From Bdellovibrionales bacterium (lineage in GTDB: Bacteria; Bdellovibrionota; Bdellovibrionia; Bdellovibrionales; DASUEL01), in assembly GCA_050250255.1 (NCBI GenBank), contig JBFWOZ010000004.1, forward strand, positions 32,001 through 96,000: DNA of 64,000 nt. Reading direction: 5' to 3'. The notes under the pieces were generated by a model. It was not told where the DNA came from and searched no databases. It was given only the letters and a program-made list of their open reading frames with translations. This document shows, one piece after another, positions 1-9,850 of the stretch (within the stretch, counting starts at the first letter, position 1; each line of letters starts with the position of its first letter). The position numbers were made by a program, and so were the translations under genes.

Positions 1-725
1 ATCCTATCCAAGACTGTGTCTTTGTTTACCAAAATCTCGAAGAAGGACGGGTCTTGGTCACTCCCCCCTATTTGGTTGATTTTGAAGTGCGCCCACAAAT
101 AGATGTCCGCTTCGAAAGACACTCACCCACAATGGATGTAAGCACACGTATGCAACCACATCCCTATTTCACGATACAAATCACAAATAAAGAAAGCTTT
201 CCCGTCCTCGTTGGGTATAGCAATGACCCAACGGAATATCGAGTCCAAGCCGAATTTCTATTTGTCACCGATGGAAACTCCTCCATTGGCTATGGTAATA
301 AAAAATACCTTTTTACAGACAATACGGAATGGGCCTTCCAGATTCACAACTCTACAATTAGTAAATTTGATACCAGAGGTTCTGATCATGCCATTTCTCT
401 CCCTGCGGGCCAAACCATGACGATTTCCACCACGACGAAACCTGTACGCACCCCTTGCACCGGCTATGATCTTAAAGAGACGGAGCTTCACTCTCAACAT
501 GTCGCAAAGCTTGCTGGCATCGCACTCCAAAGATCCGCTCCAGCACCTTTCTTTTTACTGTCACCGATTTATAGCAATACCGGCGGAACTTATATCCGGG
601 CCAAAACTCTCGGAGAGTCTCAATCAAAAATACTTATGCAGTCGCAAGTGATTGCATTGGATAAAACGGCATTAAACCAGTACGAAGGCACAATAAAAAG
701 TGCGCACATCATGCGATGTTTTTAA
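1..725 (+). CDS. Hypothetical protein, 5'-truncated by window edge
   Basis: The frame of ORF 54..725 stays open back to position 3 (PIQDCVFVYQNLEEGRV...). No recognisable motif. Confidence 0.6.
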   Translation, partial: PIQDCVFVYQNLEEGRVLVTPPYLVDFEVRPQIDVRFERHSPTMDVSTRMQPHPYFTIQITNKESFPVLVGYSNDPTEYRVQAEFLFVTDGNSSIGYGNKKYLFTDNTEWAFQIHNSTISKFDTRGSDHAISLPAGQTMTISTTTKPVRTPCTGYDLKETELHSQHVAKLAGIALQRSAPAPFFLLSPIYSNTGGTYIRAKTLGESQSKILMQSQVIALDKTALNQYEGTIKSAHIMRCF

Positions 726-1468
726 ATTTTTAGAAGTTTAAGGTAATGCGTAGGGCGGCCTTTTCGAGTCCACAGTTTTTCAAAGTGGGTTTGAAAGCTG
801 TCCTTCGCTCTTTCGGTCGAATGGAAGTTGTCTGATTGGAAATCGACTTGATAAGGCGAATGTTTTAAACGTTCACACACCCAATCGTAATAACTTCGGC
901 TATCTGTTTTAAATTCTAAAAAAGAACCTGGCCGCTGAAGCTCAAACAGTAAATTAAGAAATTCAATATCCACTAAGCGCTTTTTCAATTGTTTTTTCTT
1001 TTCCCAAGGATCTGGAAAAAAAATGTAAACATTGTTGAGCTCTTGAGGGTCAAAAAGGTCATCGAGAAATTTTGCGTCATAACGCATTAAACGAAACTTG
1101 TTTCGGTCATGCAAAAGACTTCTTTTGACCGTTTGGATGAGTTGTTTGTATTTGAGCTCAAGTCCCACACATAGACGATTCTTCATCGTTTTACGGTGAT
1201 TCTCAAAAAAGTAACCATTTCCTACGCCAATTTCTAAATCTAAGGGGGTTTCTTCAGAAGTCTTAAAGATCTCCTGACGCCAAATCCCCTGCTTTCCCGG
1301 AGCATCGATCATTTCATAAATCCAAGGCGCGTATTCTTCCTGAACCATCTTGGTATAAATATTCACGGAGTCATCTTGGTCAGGACGTACGTGGTGACCT
1401 GCTTTTTCAAGCCACTGATGAGAACGAACGGCAGTCTGAAGAGTAGAATTTGAAAGATTTTCGACCAC
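722..1468 (-). CDS. trmB: tRNA (guanine-N7)-methyltransferase
   Basis: LEIGVGNG SAM motif, FFPDPWEKK, FKTD and C-terminal THFEK match TrmB. Start codon uncertain. Confidence 0.88.
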   Translation of the reverse strand: MVENLSNSTLQTAVRSHQWLEKAGHHVRPDQDDSVNIYTKMVQEEYAPWIYEMIDAPGKQGIWRQEIFKTSEETPLDLEIGVGNGYFFENHRKTMKNRLCVGLELKYKQLIQTVKRSLLHDRNKFRLMRYDAKFLDDLFDPQELNNVYIFFPDPWEKKKQLKKRLVDIEFLNLLFELQRPGSFLEFKTDSRSYYDWVCERLKHSPYQVDFQSDNFHSTERAKDSFQTHFEKLWTRKGRPTHYLKLLKI

Positions 1469-1641
1469 AAGAAGGAACTAACATGGTGCACAAAAGAGCG
1501 TCAAGGGGATCTTTTTAAAAGCCTCTTCATTTTTAGAGAAATCCTCCGAAACATTATCTTCAAATTTTTTTTCTTACTTCGAATATGTACTCGTGGTATC
1601 AGCATTACACGCCTCAAAAAGGCGCAAAAAAAGGGGAAGAC

Positions 1642-2118
1642 ATGAAAACAAGCCTGAAAGAAAACTTGGAAAGAAACTTTAGAGAAAACGTTATTCCAGT
1701 TGTGCTACCCATCGTCTATCAAATCAAAGGTCGGTTAACAGAAAAATTGGACCAACGTTTTCCTAAAGAAAGCCGCGATCAAATGGTACAAAAAGCTGTC
1801 ATCAACTTTTTGTCAGCAAACGAAACTATTGAGAACACGGCAAAAGACGTTGCAGAACAATCTCGTGAGAGCGAAATTGTACAGAAGTATGTTCGTCCGT
1901 TTGTAAGCTCTGAAAAAACAGAGAAAGCTCTTCACACTCTTGAAACTCGCGTCTCTCGCGCAAGACCTCTTGTTGTAAAGCTACAGAATCTTCGTGACCA
2001 ATTTCTTGCCTCTACAGATGTTTCCCCAGTAACGGAATCTCCGATCATTATTGACCCAACTGGCGAAGAAACTCCTAAGAGAAAAAAATCACGATCAAAG
2101 TCTGAAGCAGCTGAGTAA
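1642..2118 (+). CDS. Hypothetical protein
   Basis: ORF 1585..2118. ATG at 1642 follows GGGGAAG. Helical and charged, with a basic tail. Confidence 0.6.
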   Translation: MKTSLKENLERNFRENVIPVVLPIVYQIKGRLTEKLDQRFPKESRDQMVQKAVINFLSANETIENTAKDVAEQSRESEIVQKYVRPFVSSEKTEKALHTLETRVSRARPLVVKLQNLRDQFLASTDVSPVTESPIIIDPTGEETPKRKKSRSKSEAAE

Positions 2119-2206
2119 AAACCGCGACTCCGCTCGCCATGAGTTGCCCCACTCTTAAAGAACTGATTTCATAGATCTTCGACACTTTCTCCGGAGGTCT
2201 TTTGTT

Positions 2207-3841
2207 ATGAAATTTCTAATTGCTTTACTCATTCTGATTTTTCCTCTTTTCAGCTTTGCGGTTCCCTTCGAAAGCCAAAAGTTTTCTATAGCAGCACCAA
2301 GTCCCTGGGCCGTAAAAGCCGCCGAAGCCACTTTTAAAAAAGGTGGAAATGTTGCAGATATGGCTGTGGCCGCGGCACTCACATTATCGGTCACATCTCC
2401 TTACTACGCGGCTCTTGGTGGTGGTGGATTTGCTCTCATCAAAATGAAAAATGAAGTGGAAGCTCTCGACTTTCGAGAAACCGCACCCGCAGCAACAAAT
2501 GCAAATTATTATAGCGAAAAAGAAAAAGGCGCTTCGGAAACGGGCGGCACCGCGGTCGGAGTCCCTGGGGTTCCTGCTGGCCTCGTCGCTATTCACAAAA
2601 AGTACGGCAAGTTAAAGTGGAATCAACTCTTTGGTACTGCCCTCTCACTCGCACAAAAAGGAATGCCACTTTCTGGAGAATGGATCCGTTACACTCGAGA
2701 AGAGGACAAGCGCTTTACGGCAGCCGCAAAAAGGTATTTTACAAAAACTCCTGAGGCTTATGCTCCGGGCGACGAATTCAAACAGACTGCACTTGCACGC
2801 GCTCTCACGATTTTAAGAGATCAAGGGGCCAAGGGTTTTTATGAAGGTCCTGTGGCTCAAGATCTTGTCGCCTCTGTCAAAAATGCGAAAGGTGAAATGA
2901 GTCTTGAGGATCTAAAAAAATATAGAGTTCGCTGGCTCAAACCACTGCAAATGAATTACTCCGGATACACCGTACACATGATGCCACCTCCAAGCAGCGG
3001 TGGAATCGTGATGATGTCAGCTTTGAAACTTTTTGAATTAGGAAAGCTCAACGAAATCACTCCTCAAAGTGGTGACGAGTATCATTTCATTGGTGAGATT
3101 CTCAAGCGGGCTTTCCGAGGGAGAACTCTCTTAGGCGATCCAGATTTTGCTAACAATCCTATTGCCCAGCTTACTTCCGAAACTTATTTGAAACAGCAGT
3201 TAAAAGAAATCTCTGCTTCGAAAGCGAAAGACGTAGAGCCTGTTGATCTCAACTCGTTTGATTCAACAGAGACCACTCACTTCTCTATTATGACTGCTAA
3301 CGGAGATGCGATCGCTTTCACTGTAACCCTCAATGGTGCCTACGGGTCGGGAGTGGTCAGTGAGCGTTTTGGAATTGCTCTCAATAATGAAATGGACGAC
3401 TTTACGACCAAACCTGGAGAACCTAATCAATTTGGTCTCATTCAAGGGGATGCCAACAAAGTAGAAGCCGGAAAACGCCCTTTAAGTTCCATGAGCCCGA
3501 CGATCGTGGAAAAAGATGGAAAGACGGAGCTTGTCTTAGGATCTCCCGGTGGTCCACGCATCATCAGCGCTGTCACTCAAGTGCTGTACCGCTTTCTCAT
3601 AACAAAAATGAATATCGACGCCGCCATCCAGGCGCCGCGAGTTCACCATCAAACTCTCCCAAATAAGCTTTTTATTGATCCGCTTCGTTTCCAACACGAA
3701 ACGAAAGAATTTTTGAAAAGAAAAGGACACGTGGTCGAAGAATCGCCGGTAGCTAAAGTTTATGGAGTTGCGAAACACCCTTCTGGATGGATGCAATCGG
3801 CTTTTGATTCGCGCGGAGAAGGTGCGGCTGGTGGACTCTAG
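2207..3841 (+). CDS. ggt: Gamma-glutamyltransferase (secreted)
   Basis: Signal peptide, GGN..D, LGGGGF, DFRE.AP, autoprocessing ETTHFS, LNNEMDDF, KRPLSSMSP, GSPGG. Confidence 0.95.
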   Translation: MKFLIALLILIFPLFSFAVPFESQKFSIAAPSPWAVKAAEATFKKGGNVADMAVAAALTLSVTSPYYAALGGGGFALIKMKNEVEALDFRETAPAATNANYYSEKEKGASETGGTAVGVPGVPAGLVAIHKKYGKLKWNQLFGTALSLAQKGMPLSGEWIRYTREEDKRFTAAAKRYFTKTPEAYAPGDEFKQTALARALTILRDQGAKGFYEGPVAQDLVASVKNAKGEMSLEDLKKYRVRWLKPLQMNYSGYTVHMMPPPSSGGIVMMSALKLFELGKLNEITPQSGDEYHFIGEILKRAFRGRTLLGDPDFANNPIAQLTSETYLKQQLKEISASKAKDVEPVDLNSFDSTETTHFSIMTANGDAIAFTVTLNGAYGSGVVSERFGIALNNEMDDFTTKPGEPNQFGLIQGDANKVEAGKRPLSSMSPTIVEKDGKTELVLGSPGGPRIISAVTQVLYRFLITKMNIDAAIQAPRVHHQTLPNKLFIDPLRFQHETKEFLKRKGHVVEESPVAKVYGVAKHPSGWMQSAFDSRGEGAAGGL

Positions 3842-4601
3842 TACTCTGTACGAATGGGCGAGAACCTTTGCTTACATTGTTTTCGACCCCTTCTTACAAA
3901 TCTGTGTTCTCTTTTTTCTCTCGTTCGTAGTCGTCATCTTTGCTCCTAAAAAAAGATACCGAAGCCTCGGGCTGATATTTTCGACGCTTTATTTTTTAAT
4001 TCTTACTACTCCCTGGGTACCAAACCTTTTAATTCATTTACTCCAGTCGCAATATCCACCCTTGACTGATCAATCTTCTAAACAAGCCGTGGTAATTTTA
4101 AACGGGGGAATTTTGCTTTTTGACCAAACTAGTAAGCAGTTTTCCTGGGGGGGATCTTTCAGTCGTGCTGGTGAAGCTCTGCGAATAGTTAAAAAAGGCC
4201 AGGCTTATTATTTAATTATTTCTGGCGGTACTCCCTATGCACATGAAGGATTCGAAGAGGAGGGGGCATCTATCAAACGCCTCGCGAAAGAATGGGGAAT
4301 TACCGAGGACCGAATTTTATTAGAAAACGAATCCAAAACAACCGCTGAACACCCTATAAAACTCAAAAAGCTTTTTGAAAAATACGGAATCAAAAATTTC
4401 TACTTGGTGACCTCGGCAACCCATATGCTTCGAGCCATGTTGGTGTTTGAGTCGCAAGGCCTCACCCCCACTGCCTACCCCGTTGAATTTACGCCGACTC
4501 AAGAAAAATGGGGCTTTGGAATGCAGTACATTTCCAGAATGAAAACCGCCCTCCACGAAATCTTCGGCCTTCTAGGCTACTGGCACAGCGACAAAATTTA
4601 G
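3831..4601 (+). CDS. YdcF/ElyC (DUF218) family membrane protein
   Basis: N-terminal TM helices, VILNGG, ISGG, LENESKTT, LVTSATHM.RA, HE..G. GTG at 3831 after GGAG chosen as start. Confidence 0.85.
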   Translation: MDSSTLYEWARTFAYIVFDPFLQICVLFFLSFVVVIFAPKKRYRSLGLIFSTLYFLILTTPWVPNLLIHLLQSQYPPLTDQSSKQAVVILNGGILLFDQTSKQFSWGGSFSRAGEALRIVKKGQAYYLIISGGTPYAHEGFEEEGASIKRLAKEWGITEDRILLENESKTTAEHPIKLKKLFEKYGIKNFYLVTSATHMLRAMLVFESQGLTPTAYPVEFTPTQEKWGFGMQYISRMKTALHEIFGLLGYWHSDKI

Positions 4602-4608
4602 GCTCAAT

Positions 4609-4718
4609 TAGGTGCCAGGTTCCGTTTCCGGGTCACGCTGAGTCATCGTTTATAAATCAAGAATATCCCTGCAAAGGTAAATGACTCGTCGTGACCCGGA
4701 AACGGAACCTGGCACCTA
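4609..4718. repeat. 110-bp element with perfect 29-bp terminal inverted repeats (MITE/REPIN-like)
   Basis: 4609-4637 TAGGTGCCAGGTTCCGTTTCCGGGTCACG is the exact reverse complement of 4690-4718. An inner GAGTCAT/ATGACTC pair extends the stem. Confidence 0.85.
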
Positions 4719-5726
4719 GGGGCGGTATTCTTTTGGCTCGATTGGGGACTTGAGTTCTTCGAGGGTGAAGGGAATTTTTTCGGTAAATGGTCGCTCGCGA
4801 ACCGGGCACTCTTTTAAATCACAAACATCACAGTAAGCACGACGACAAGGATCTATGTGCAGATGCAATTCTCCAGGATTATCGTAATCTTCAAAAAATT
4901 TTTCTTCAAAAAAATGAGTGTGTTCATGAGAGGTCTTCACATCCCAAAACTCTGGAACCACCACGTGCGCATCAATATGGTGAAAGTTACCAGCGCGCAT
5001 AACTCTTAAATGATGAATTCGAATGATTCCTGGAAACCAATTTTTTGTAAAAGATTTGAGAATTCTTTTGAGAGTTTTATCATCCTCCGCATCCATTAAA
5101 CCCTGAGTGGATTTAATCAGAATTGTCACTCCCGAATATCCTAAGTAAGCTGCCGCTGCGAGAGCCATTACAGGATCGATCCAAAAATGATTGGTCCATT
5201 TGACTAAAAACAGAGCCCCTAAAACCGCAAGACTCGTCCAAAAATCTGACATGAGGTGTTTCCCGCTCGCCATCATTGCGAGCGAGTCCTCTCTTTTCCC
5301 TGAGCGGTAGAGATATAAACCTAAAGCAAAATTTAAGACGGCAGCGAAGAGAACAATTGTTTGGCCTAAATCAAAATTTTCCACTCGGTGTTCGCGGGTG
5401 AAAGACTGAAGAGCTTCAATGACAATCACCACAGAGGCGAAAGTAATGAGGCCACCTTCAAAAGCCGCAGAAAAAAATTCTACTTTTCCGTGACCATAGG
5501 GATGGTCCTCATCAGGTGGACGAGCCGCAATAATCATAGTGATAATGAGCGACACGGCGGTCATCACATTAATAATACTTTCTACCGCGTCTGAGAAAAC
5601 AGCTTGCGAACCTGTTAGATTATAAGCCCAAAATTTAAAGATAAGAATGAGTACGCCAAAGAGCAGGGTAATAACGGCGATTCTCTTACGAGAATTTTCA
5701 CTAGGCTCGTGGGAAATCCTATTCAT
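4716..5726 (-). CDS. Cation diffusion facilitator (FieF-like) transporter
   Basis: SDAVES, PPDEDHPYGHGKVEF, HLMSD, TM helices, C-terminal dimerisation domain ending HIDPC plus Cys-rich tail. ATG at 5726 preferred. Confidence 0.9.
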   Translation of the reverse strand: MNRISHEPSENSRKRIAVITLLFGVLILIFKFWAYNLTGSQAVFSDAVESIINVMTAVSLIITMIIAARPPDEDHPYGHGKVEFFSAAFEGGLITFASVVIVIEALQSFTREHRVENFDLGQTIVLFAAVLNFALGLYLYRSGKREDSLAMMASGKHLMSDFWTSLAVLGALFLVKWTNHFWIDPVMALAAAAYLGYSGVTILIKSTQGLMDAEDDKTLKRILKSFTKNWFPGIIRIHHLRVMRAGNFHHIDAHVVVPEFWDVKTSHEHTHFFEEKFFEDYDNPGELHLHIDPCRRAYCDVCDLKECPVRERPFTEKIPFTLEELKSPIEPKEYRP

Positions 5727-5784
5727 AAGGCGATGTTGACATGAGCCTAGACAAAACTGGAGGAATAACGCATATTGCAAACTC

Positions 5785-6504
5785 ATGAAGAATCAGGTTA
5801 TTGCTTCGCTCAAATCAGCAGATTGCGGCTACTACGGCACCCCCGTCATCCGTAGCCTTAGTATCGATGTTGCTCCAGGGCAATTCATCGCTCTGGTTGG
5901 ACCTAATGGCTCTGGAAAAACCACCATCATGAAGAGCTTACTGGGTTTAATTCCTTTAATTCAGGGCGAAGCGTTTCTCTTTGGACAACCCGTTTCTCAA
6001 AACCAAGGTCAGCAGCCCGTGGCCTACATCCCGCAGAAACTTGCGCTCAACAAAAGTGTTCCGATGACTGTTGCCGAACTTTTAGCGCTTTCAGGAACTA
6101 ACGGCGATCCTGCTATTTTACAAAAAAATCTCAAGAGATTCGAAATTGAAACACTCATTGATCAATCGATTCATAGCCTTTCCGGTGGACAGCTTCAAAG
6201 GGCCCTCTTGGCCTTTGCTCTTTCCCATTCACCCCGCCTCATTTGTCTCGACGAAGCCTATGAAGGCATGGATTTAAAGTCGCAAAAAAATCTCTATGAT
6301 ATTTTAAAAGCAGCCGTGAAAGAAAATGGGACCACCGTGATACTTGTGTCTCACGATATCTCCGCGGTGACAGAACATACGGATCGAGCGATTTGCGTCT
6401 ACCAAAAGGTGCTCTTTGATGGTGATCCGCACTCCAGCGAATTTCATTCGTGTCTTCATGAAATCTATGGAGAAGAAAGTTTGATTCATGGACACAAGCA
6501 CTGA
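5785..6504 (+). CDS. znuC: Zn/Mn ABC transporter ATP-binding protein (ZnuC-like)
   Basis: GPNGSGKT, YIPQK, LSGGQLQR, LDE, VSHD, His-rich C-terminus. Confidence 0.8.
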   Translation: MKNQVIASLKSADCGYYGTPVIRSLSIDVAPGQFIALVGPNGSGKTTIMKSLLGLIPLIQGEAFLFGQPVSQNQGQQPVAYIPQKLALNKSVPMTVAELLALSGTNGDPAILQKNLKRFEIETLIDQSIHSLSGGQLQRALLAFALSHSPRLICLDEAYEGMDLKSQKNLYDILKAAVKENGTTVILVSHDISAVTEHTDRAICVYQKVLFDGDPHSSEFHSCLHEIYGEESLIHGHKH

Positions 6505-7306
6505 GCGTTTTGAACTCTTATTTTCTCAGTTCATGCTGATGCCCTTCATTGCGGCTCTGCTCGCGGGTTGGCTTTGTGGTTTGATTGGCCCTCTTTTTGT
6601 CTGGAGACGACTCGCAGTTTTTTCGAGCACGATTTCCCATGCCGCCCTGACTCCCATTGCCGTGGCTCAAGCGCTGCAAATGCCTCAATCCATTCTTCTT
6701 TTACCATTTAGCTCTCTTCTTTCGATACTTCTCGTAAAACTCGAAGAAAAAGGTAGTTTGGAACTTGATTCTATCCTCTCCATTTTTTTTGCGGGCTTCA
6801 TGGGACTTGGTATTTTGATTATGACTCTCACGGGATTAGGTTCTATCGACGCCGTTCACTTTTTGTTTGGAGACATTCTTCTCGTCACTCGTGAAGATGT
6901 GATGACCCTGGCGGTGATCACCTTAGTTACCTCCTCTTACGTTCTTTACTACCGTCGGGACATCCTCCTGCTTTCGCTTCATAAAGACATTGCGACTGTC
7001 TCCGGAGTTGCAACTCAGAAGCATATTTATATCCTCACCGTGCTCTGCGGTTTGACCGTCACGGTTCTCTTAAGCGTTATGGGGATCATACTCGCAACGA
7101 GTCTGCTCATCGTCCCTCCGCTCATCGCTGCTCGCTTGAGCCGCTCTCTAAAGTCTTATTCCCTCTGGTCTATAGGACTTGGAATTACACTCACTCTCTG
7201 CGGACTCATTATTTCTTTTATGATCGACGCTCCGAGCGGTCCTGCGATCTCGGTTTTAGGAATGATTCTTTACGGCTTCACTTTTTTATTGAAAAAGGCC
7301 CACTGA
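6488..7306 (+). CDS. znuB: Zn/Mn ABC transporter permease (ZnuB-like)
   Basis: SHAAL, FLFGDIL, PSGPAI. Highly hydrophobic and overlaps the ATPase gene. Confidence 0.8.
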   Translation: MDTSTERFELLFSQFMLMPFIAALLAGWLCGLIGPLFVWRRLAVFSSTISHAALTPIAVAQALQMPQSILLLPFSSLLSILLVKLEEKGSLELDSILSIFFAGFMGLGILIMTLTGLGSIDAVHFLFGDILLVTREDVMTLAVITLVTSSYVLYYRRDILLLSLHKDIATVSGVATQKHIYILTVLCGLTVTVLLSVMGIILATSLLIVPPLIAARLSRSLKSYSLWSIGLGITLTLCGLIISFMIDAPSGPAISVLGMILYGFTFLLKKAH

Positions 7307-7322
7307 CCGATACAACCTAAGC

Positions 7323-9710
7323 ATGGCTTACAAACATCTCGAAATCGAAAAAAAGTGGCAGGATCAATGGGAAAAGTCCCAATCTTTTAGATCCGAAAAA
7401 TCTAGCAAACCTAAGTACTATGTTTTGGATATGTTCCCCTATCCCTCCTCACAAGGTCTACATGTAGGACATCCAGAGGGTTACACCGCTAGCGATATCG
7501 TTGCTCGCTATAAACGCGCAAAAGGTTTCAACGTTCTTCATCCTATGGGCTGGGATGCTTTTGGTCTTCCGGCTGAGCAATATGCCATTCAAACCGGTGT
7601 TCATCCGGCAAAAACCACCGAACAAGCCATCAATAACTTTCGTAAACAACTCAAAGCCTTCGGATTCAGTTACGACTGGAAAAGAGAAATCTCCACTTGT
7701 GATCCCAAATACTACAAATGGACTCAATACATTTTCACGAAACTCTACGAAAAAGGCCTCGCCTACCAAACCGAAGTTCCGGTGAATTGGTGCCCTGCTC
7801 TCAAAACCGTTCTTGCCAATGAAGAAGTGGTAGACGGGAAAAGCGAGCGCGGTGGTCACGATGTGTTTCGTGTTCCGATGAAGCAGTGGATGTTAAAGAT
7901 TACAGCTTACGCTGAACGCCTGATTAAAGATTTAGATAAAGTGGATTGGCCCGAAAGAACCAAAGACGCTCAAAAACATTGGATCGGAAAAAGCGAAGGT
8001 GCAAAAGTGCGCTTTGCTCTCGACGGTCACAAAGAAGAGCTCGAGATCTTCACCACTCGCCCCGACACGCTTTTCGGTGCGACCTTTATGGTGATTGCCC
8101 CTGAACATCCACTCGTTAATGCTATTACGACAAGCTCTCAACGTACAGCTGTCGAAAACTATAAAACGATGGCAGCCAAGAAGAGTGAAGTGGATCGTCA
8201 AACCGCTACAGAAAAAACGGGCGTTTTTACTGGCGGTCACGTTCTTCATCCTTTTTCGAAACAGAAAATTCCTGTGTGGATTGCAGACTATGTACTCATG
8301 GGTTACGGAACGGGCGCAATCATGGCAGTTCCAGGTCATGATGAAAGAGATTTTGAGTTTGCTAAAAAGTTTGATCTTTCCATTCCTCGCGTCATTGACG
8401 GCGGAGAGCTCCCTTACACCGGCGAAGGCTTGATGGTGAATTCAGATTTCCTGAATGGACTGACGTCCTCGCAAGCGATTGAAAAAATGATTCAACGTCT
8501 TGAACAAGATCGTTTGGGCGTAAGAAATGTGCAGTACAGACTTCGCGATTGGCTCTTTAGCAGACAAAGATATTGGGGTGAACCCTTCCCCATCATTCAT
8601 TATCCAGAAAAAGGAATGAAAACCGTAACTCTTGATGAGCTTCCCGTTCTTCTTCCTTCAGTTCCCGATTATGAACCCTCTGATTCCGGGGAGTCTCCAC
8701 TCGCAAAAATTAAAGAGTGGGTGCAAACAGAAGATGGAGCTCGTCGCGAAACCGACACGATGCCGGGTTCCGCAGGATCTTCTTGGTATTTTTTGAGATA
8801 CACCGATCCCCATAACGAAGCAGCGCCTTTTTCTTTTGAAGACCAAAATTACTGGATGCCAGTCGATCTTTACTTGGGCGGAGCAGAGCACACAGTAGGA
8901 CATCTTCTCTACGCACGCTTTTGGCAAAAGGTACTTTTTGATGTGGGGCTCGTGAGTCACGAAGAACCTTTCCAAAAGTTGATTCATCAGGGAATGATTT
9001 TGGGAGCCGATGGCGAAAAAATGTCAAAATCTCGCGGCAATGTTGTGAACCCCGACGTGGTCATTCAAGATTACGGCTCCGATGCGCTTCGAATTTTTCT
9101 CATGTTCATGGGACCACTTGATCGAGATAAACCTTGGTCTGATACGGGCATTCAGGGGACAAAAAGATTTCTTGATCGCGTTTGGAGACTCTGTTTCGAA
9201 GACGAAATAGGCGAAAAGTCTTTAGCCGAAGACATCACCGTTTCTCCCGAAATCAACAAAGTTCTTCACAAAACTATCAAAAAGGTCACCGAAGACATTG
9301 AAACTCTGAGTTTCAATACGGCCATTAGCCAGATGATGATTTTGGTGAATGAACTTTATCGAGCAGAGGTAAAACCCAAGTCGGTTCTGATGACTCTTTC
9401 GCAACTTCTCATGCCTTTTGCACCGCACCTTGCGGAACAAATCTGGGCGCAACTCGGTGGCGAAGGACTCGTATCGCTTGCACCTTGGCCTGAATTTGAT
9501 CCCGCGCTCACCAAAGATGACGTTCTGACTATTGCCGTTCAAGTGAATGGTAAAAAAAGAGGTACCATCGACACAAGTGAGACAACCACTCAGGAAGAAG
9601 CAATTGGACTCGCCAATTCCATTGAGACGGTTTCTAACGCACTCGCAGGGCTTCAAATCAAACAGGTGATCTACAAGGCCGGAAAAATCTTGAATATCAT
9701 TGCTAAATAG
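7323..9710 (+). CDS. leuS: Leucine--tRNA ligase
   Basis: MFPYPS, HVGH, GWDAFGLPAE, FTTRPDT editing domain, SRQRYWG, KMSKS. Confidence 0.97.
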   Translation: MAYKHLEIEKKWQDQWEKSQSFRSEKSSKPKYYVLDMFPYPSSQGLHVGHPEGYTASDIVARYKRAKGFNVLHPMGWDAFGLPAEQYAIQTGVHPAKTTEQAINNFRKQLKAFGFSYDWKREISTCDPKYYKWTQYIFTKLYEKGLAYQTEVPVNWCPALKTVLANEEVVDGKSERGGHDVFRVPMKQWMLKITAYAERLIKDLDKVDWPERTKDAQKHWIGKSEGAKVRFALDGHKEELEIFTTRPDTLFGATFMVIAPEHPLVNAITTSSQRTAVENYKTMAAKKSEVDRQTATEKTGVFTGGHVLHPFSKQKIPVWIADYVLMGYGTGAIMAVPGHDERDFEFAKKFDLSIPRVIDGGELPYTGEGLMVNSDFLNGLTSSQAIEKMIQRLEQDRLGVRNVQYRLRDWLFSRQRYWGEPFPIIHYPEKGMKTVTLDELPVLLPSVPDYEPSDSGESPLAKIKEWVQTEDGARRETDTMPGSAGSSWYFLRYTDPHNEAAPFSFEDQNYWMPVDLYLGGAEHTVGHLLYARFWQKVLFDVGLVSHEEPFQKLIHQGMILGADGEKMSKSRGNVVNPDVVIQDYGSDALRIFLMFMGPLDRDKPWSDTGIQGTKRFLDRVWRLCFEDEIGEKSLAEDITVSPEINKVLHKTIKKVTEDIETLSFNTAISQMMILVNELYRAEVKPKSVLMTLSQLLMPFAPHLAEQIWAQLGGEGLVSLAPWPEFDPALTKDDVLTIAVQVNGKKRGTIDTSETTTQEEAIGLANSIETVSNALAGLQIKQVIYKAGKILNIIAK

Positions 9711-9736
9711 TTCGCTCCACTTGGAGCGAATTTTTT
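9711..9736 (+). terminator. Intrinsic terminator after leuS
   Basis: TTCGCTCC-ACTT-GGAGCGAA followed by TTTTTT. Confidence 0.75.
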
Positions 9737-9850
9737 CGACTCACCAGCGGCGATAATTTTTGAAAAATAATTTGATTTTTGGACGAAAATGTCCTGAAAC
9801 TGTCTTCTGTAAACGCCTTGAGCAACAAGGCTTTGAGGGGGTTTGAAGTC

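Noticed and set aside
5762..5780. Possible Zur/Fur-type box GGAATA-acgca-TATTGC before znuC
   Set aside because: Imperfect palindrome, and the consensus for this lineage is not known to me.
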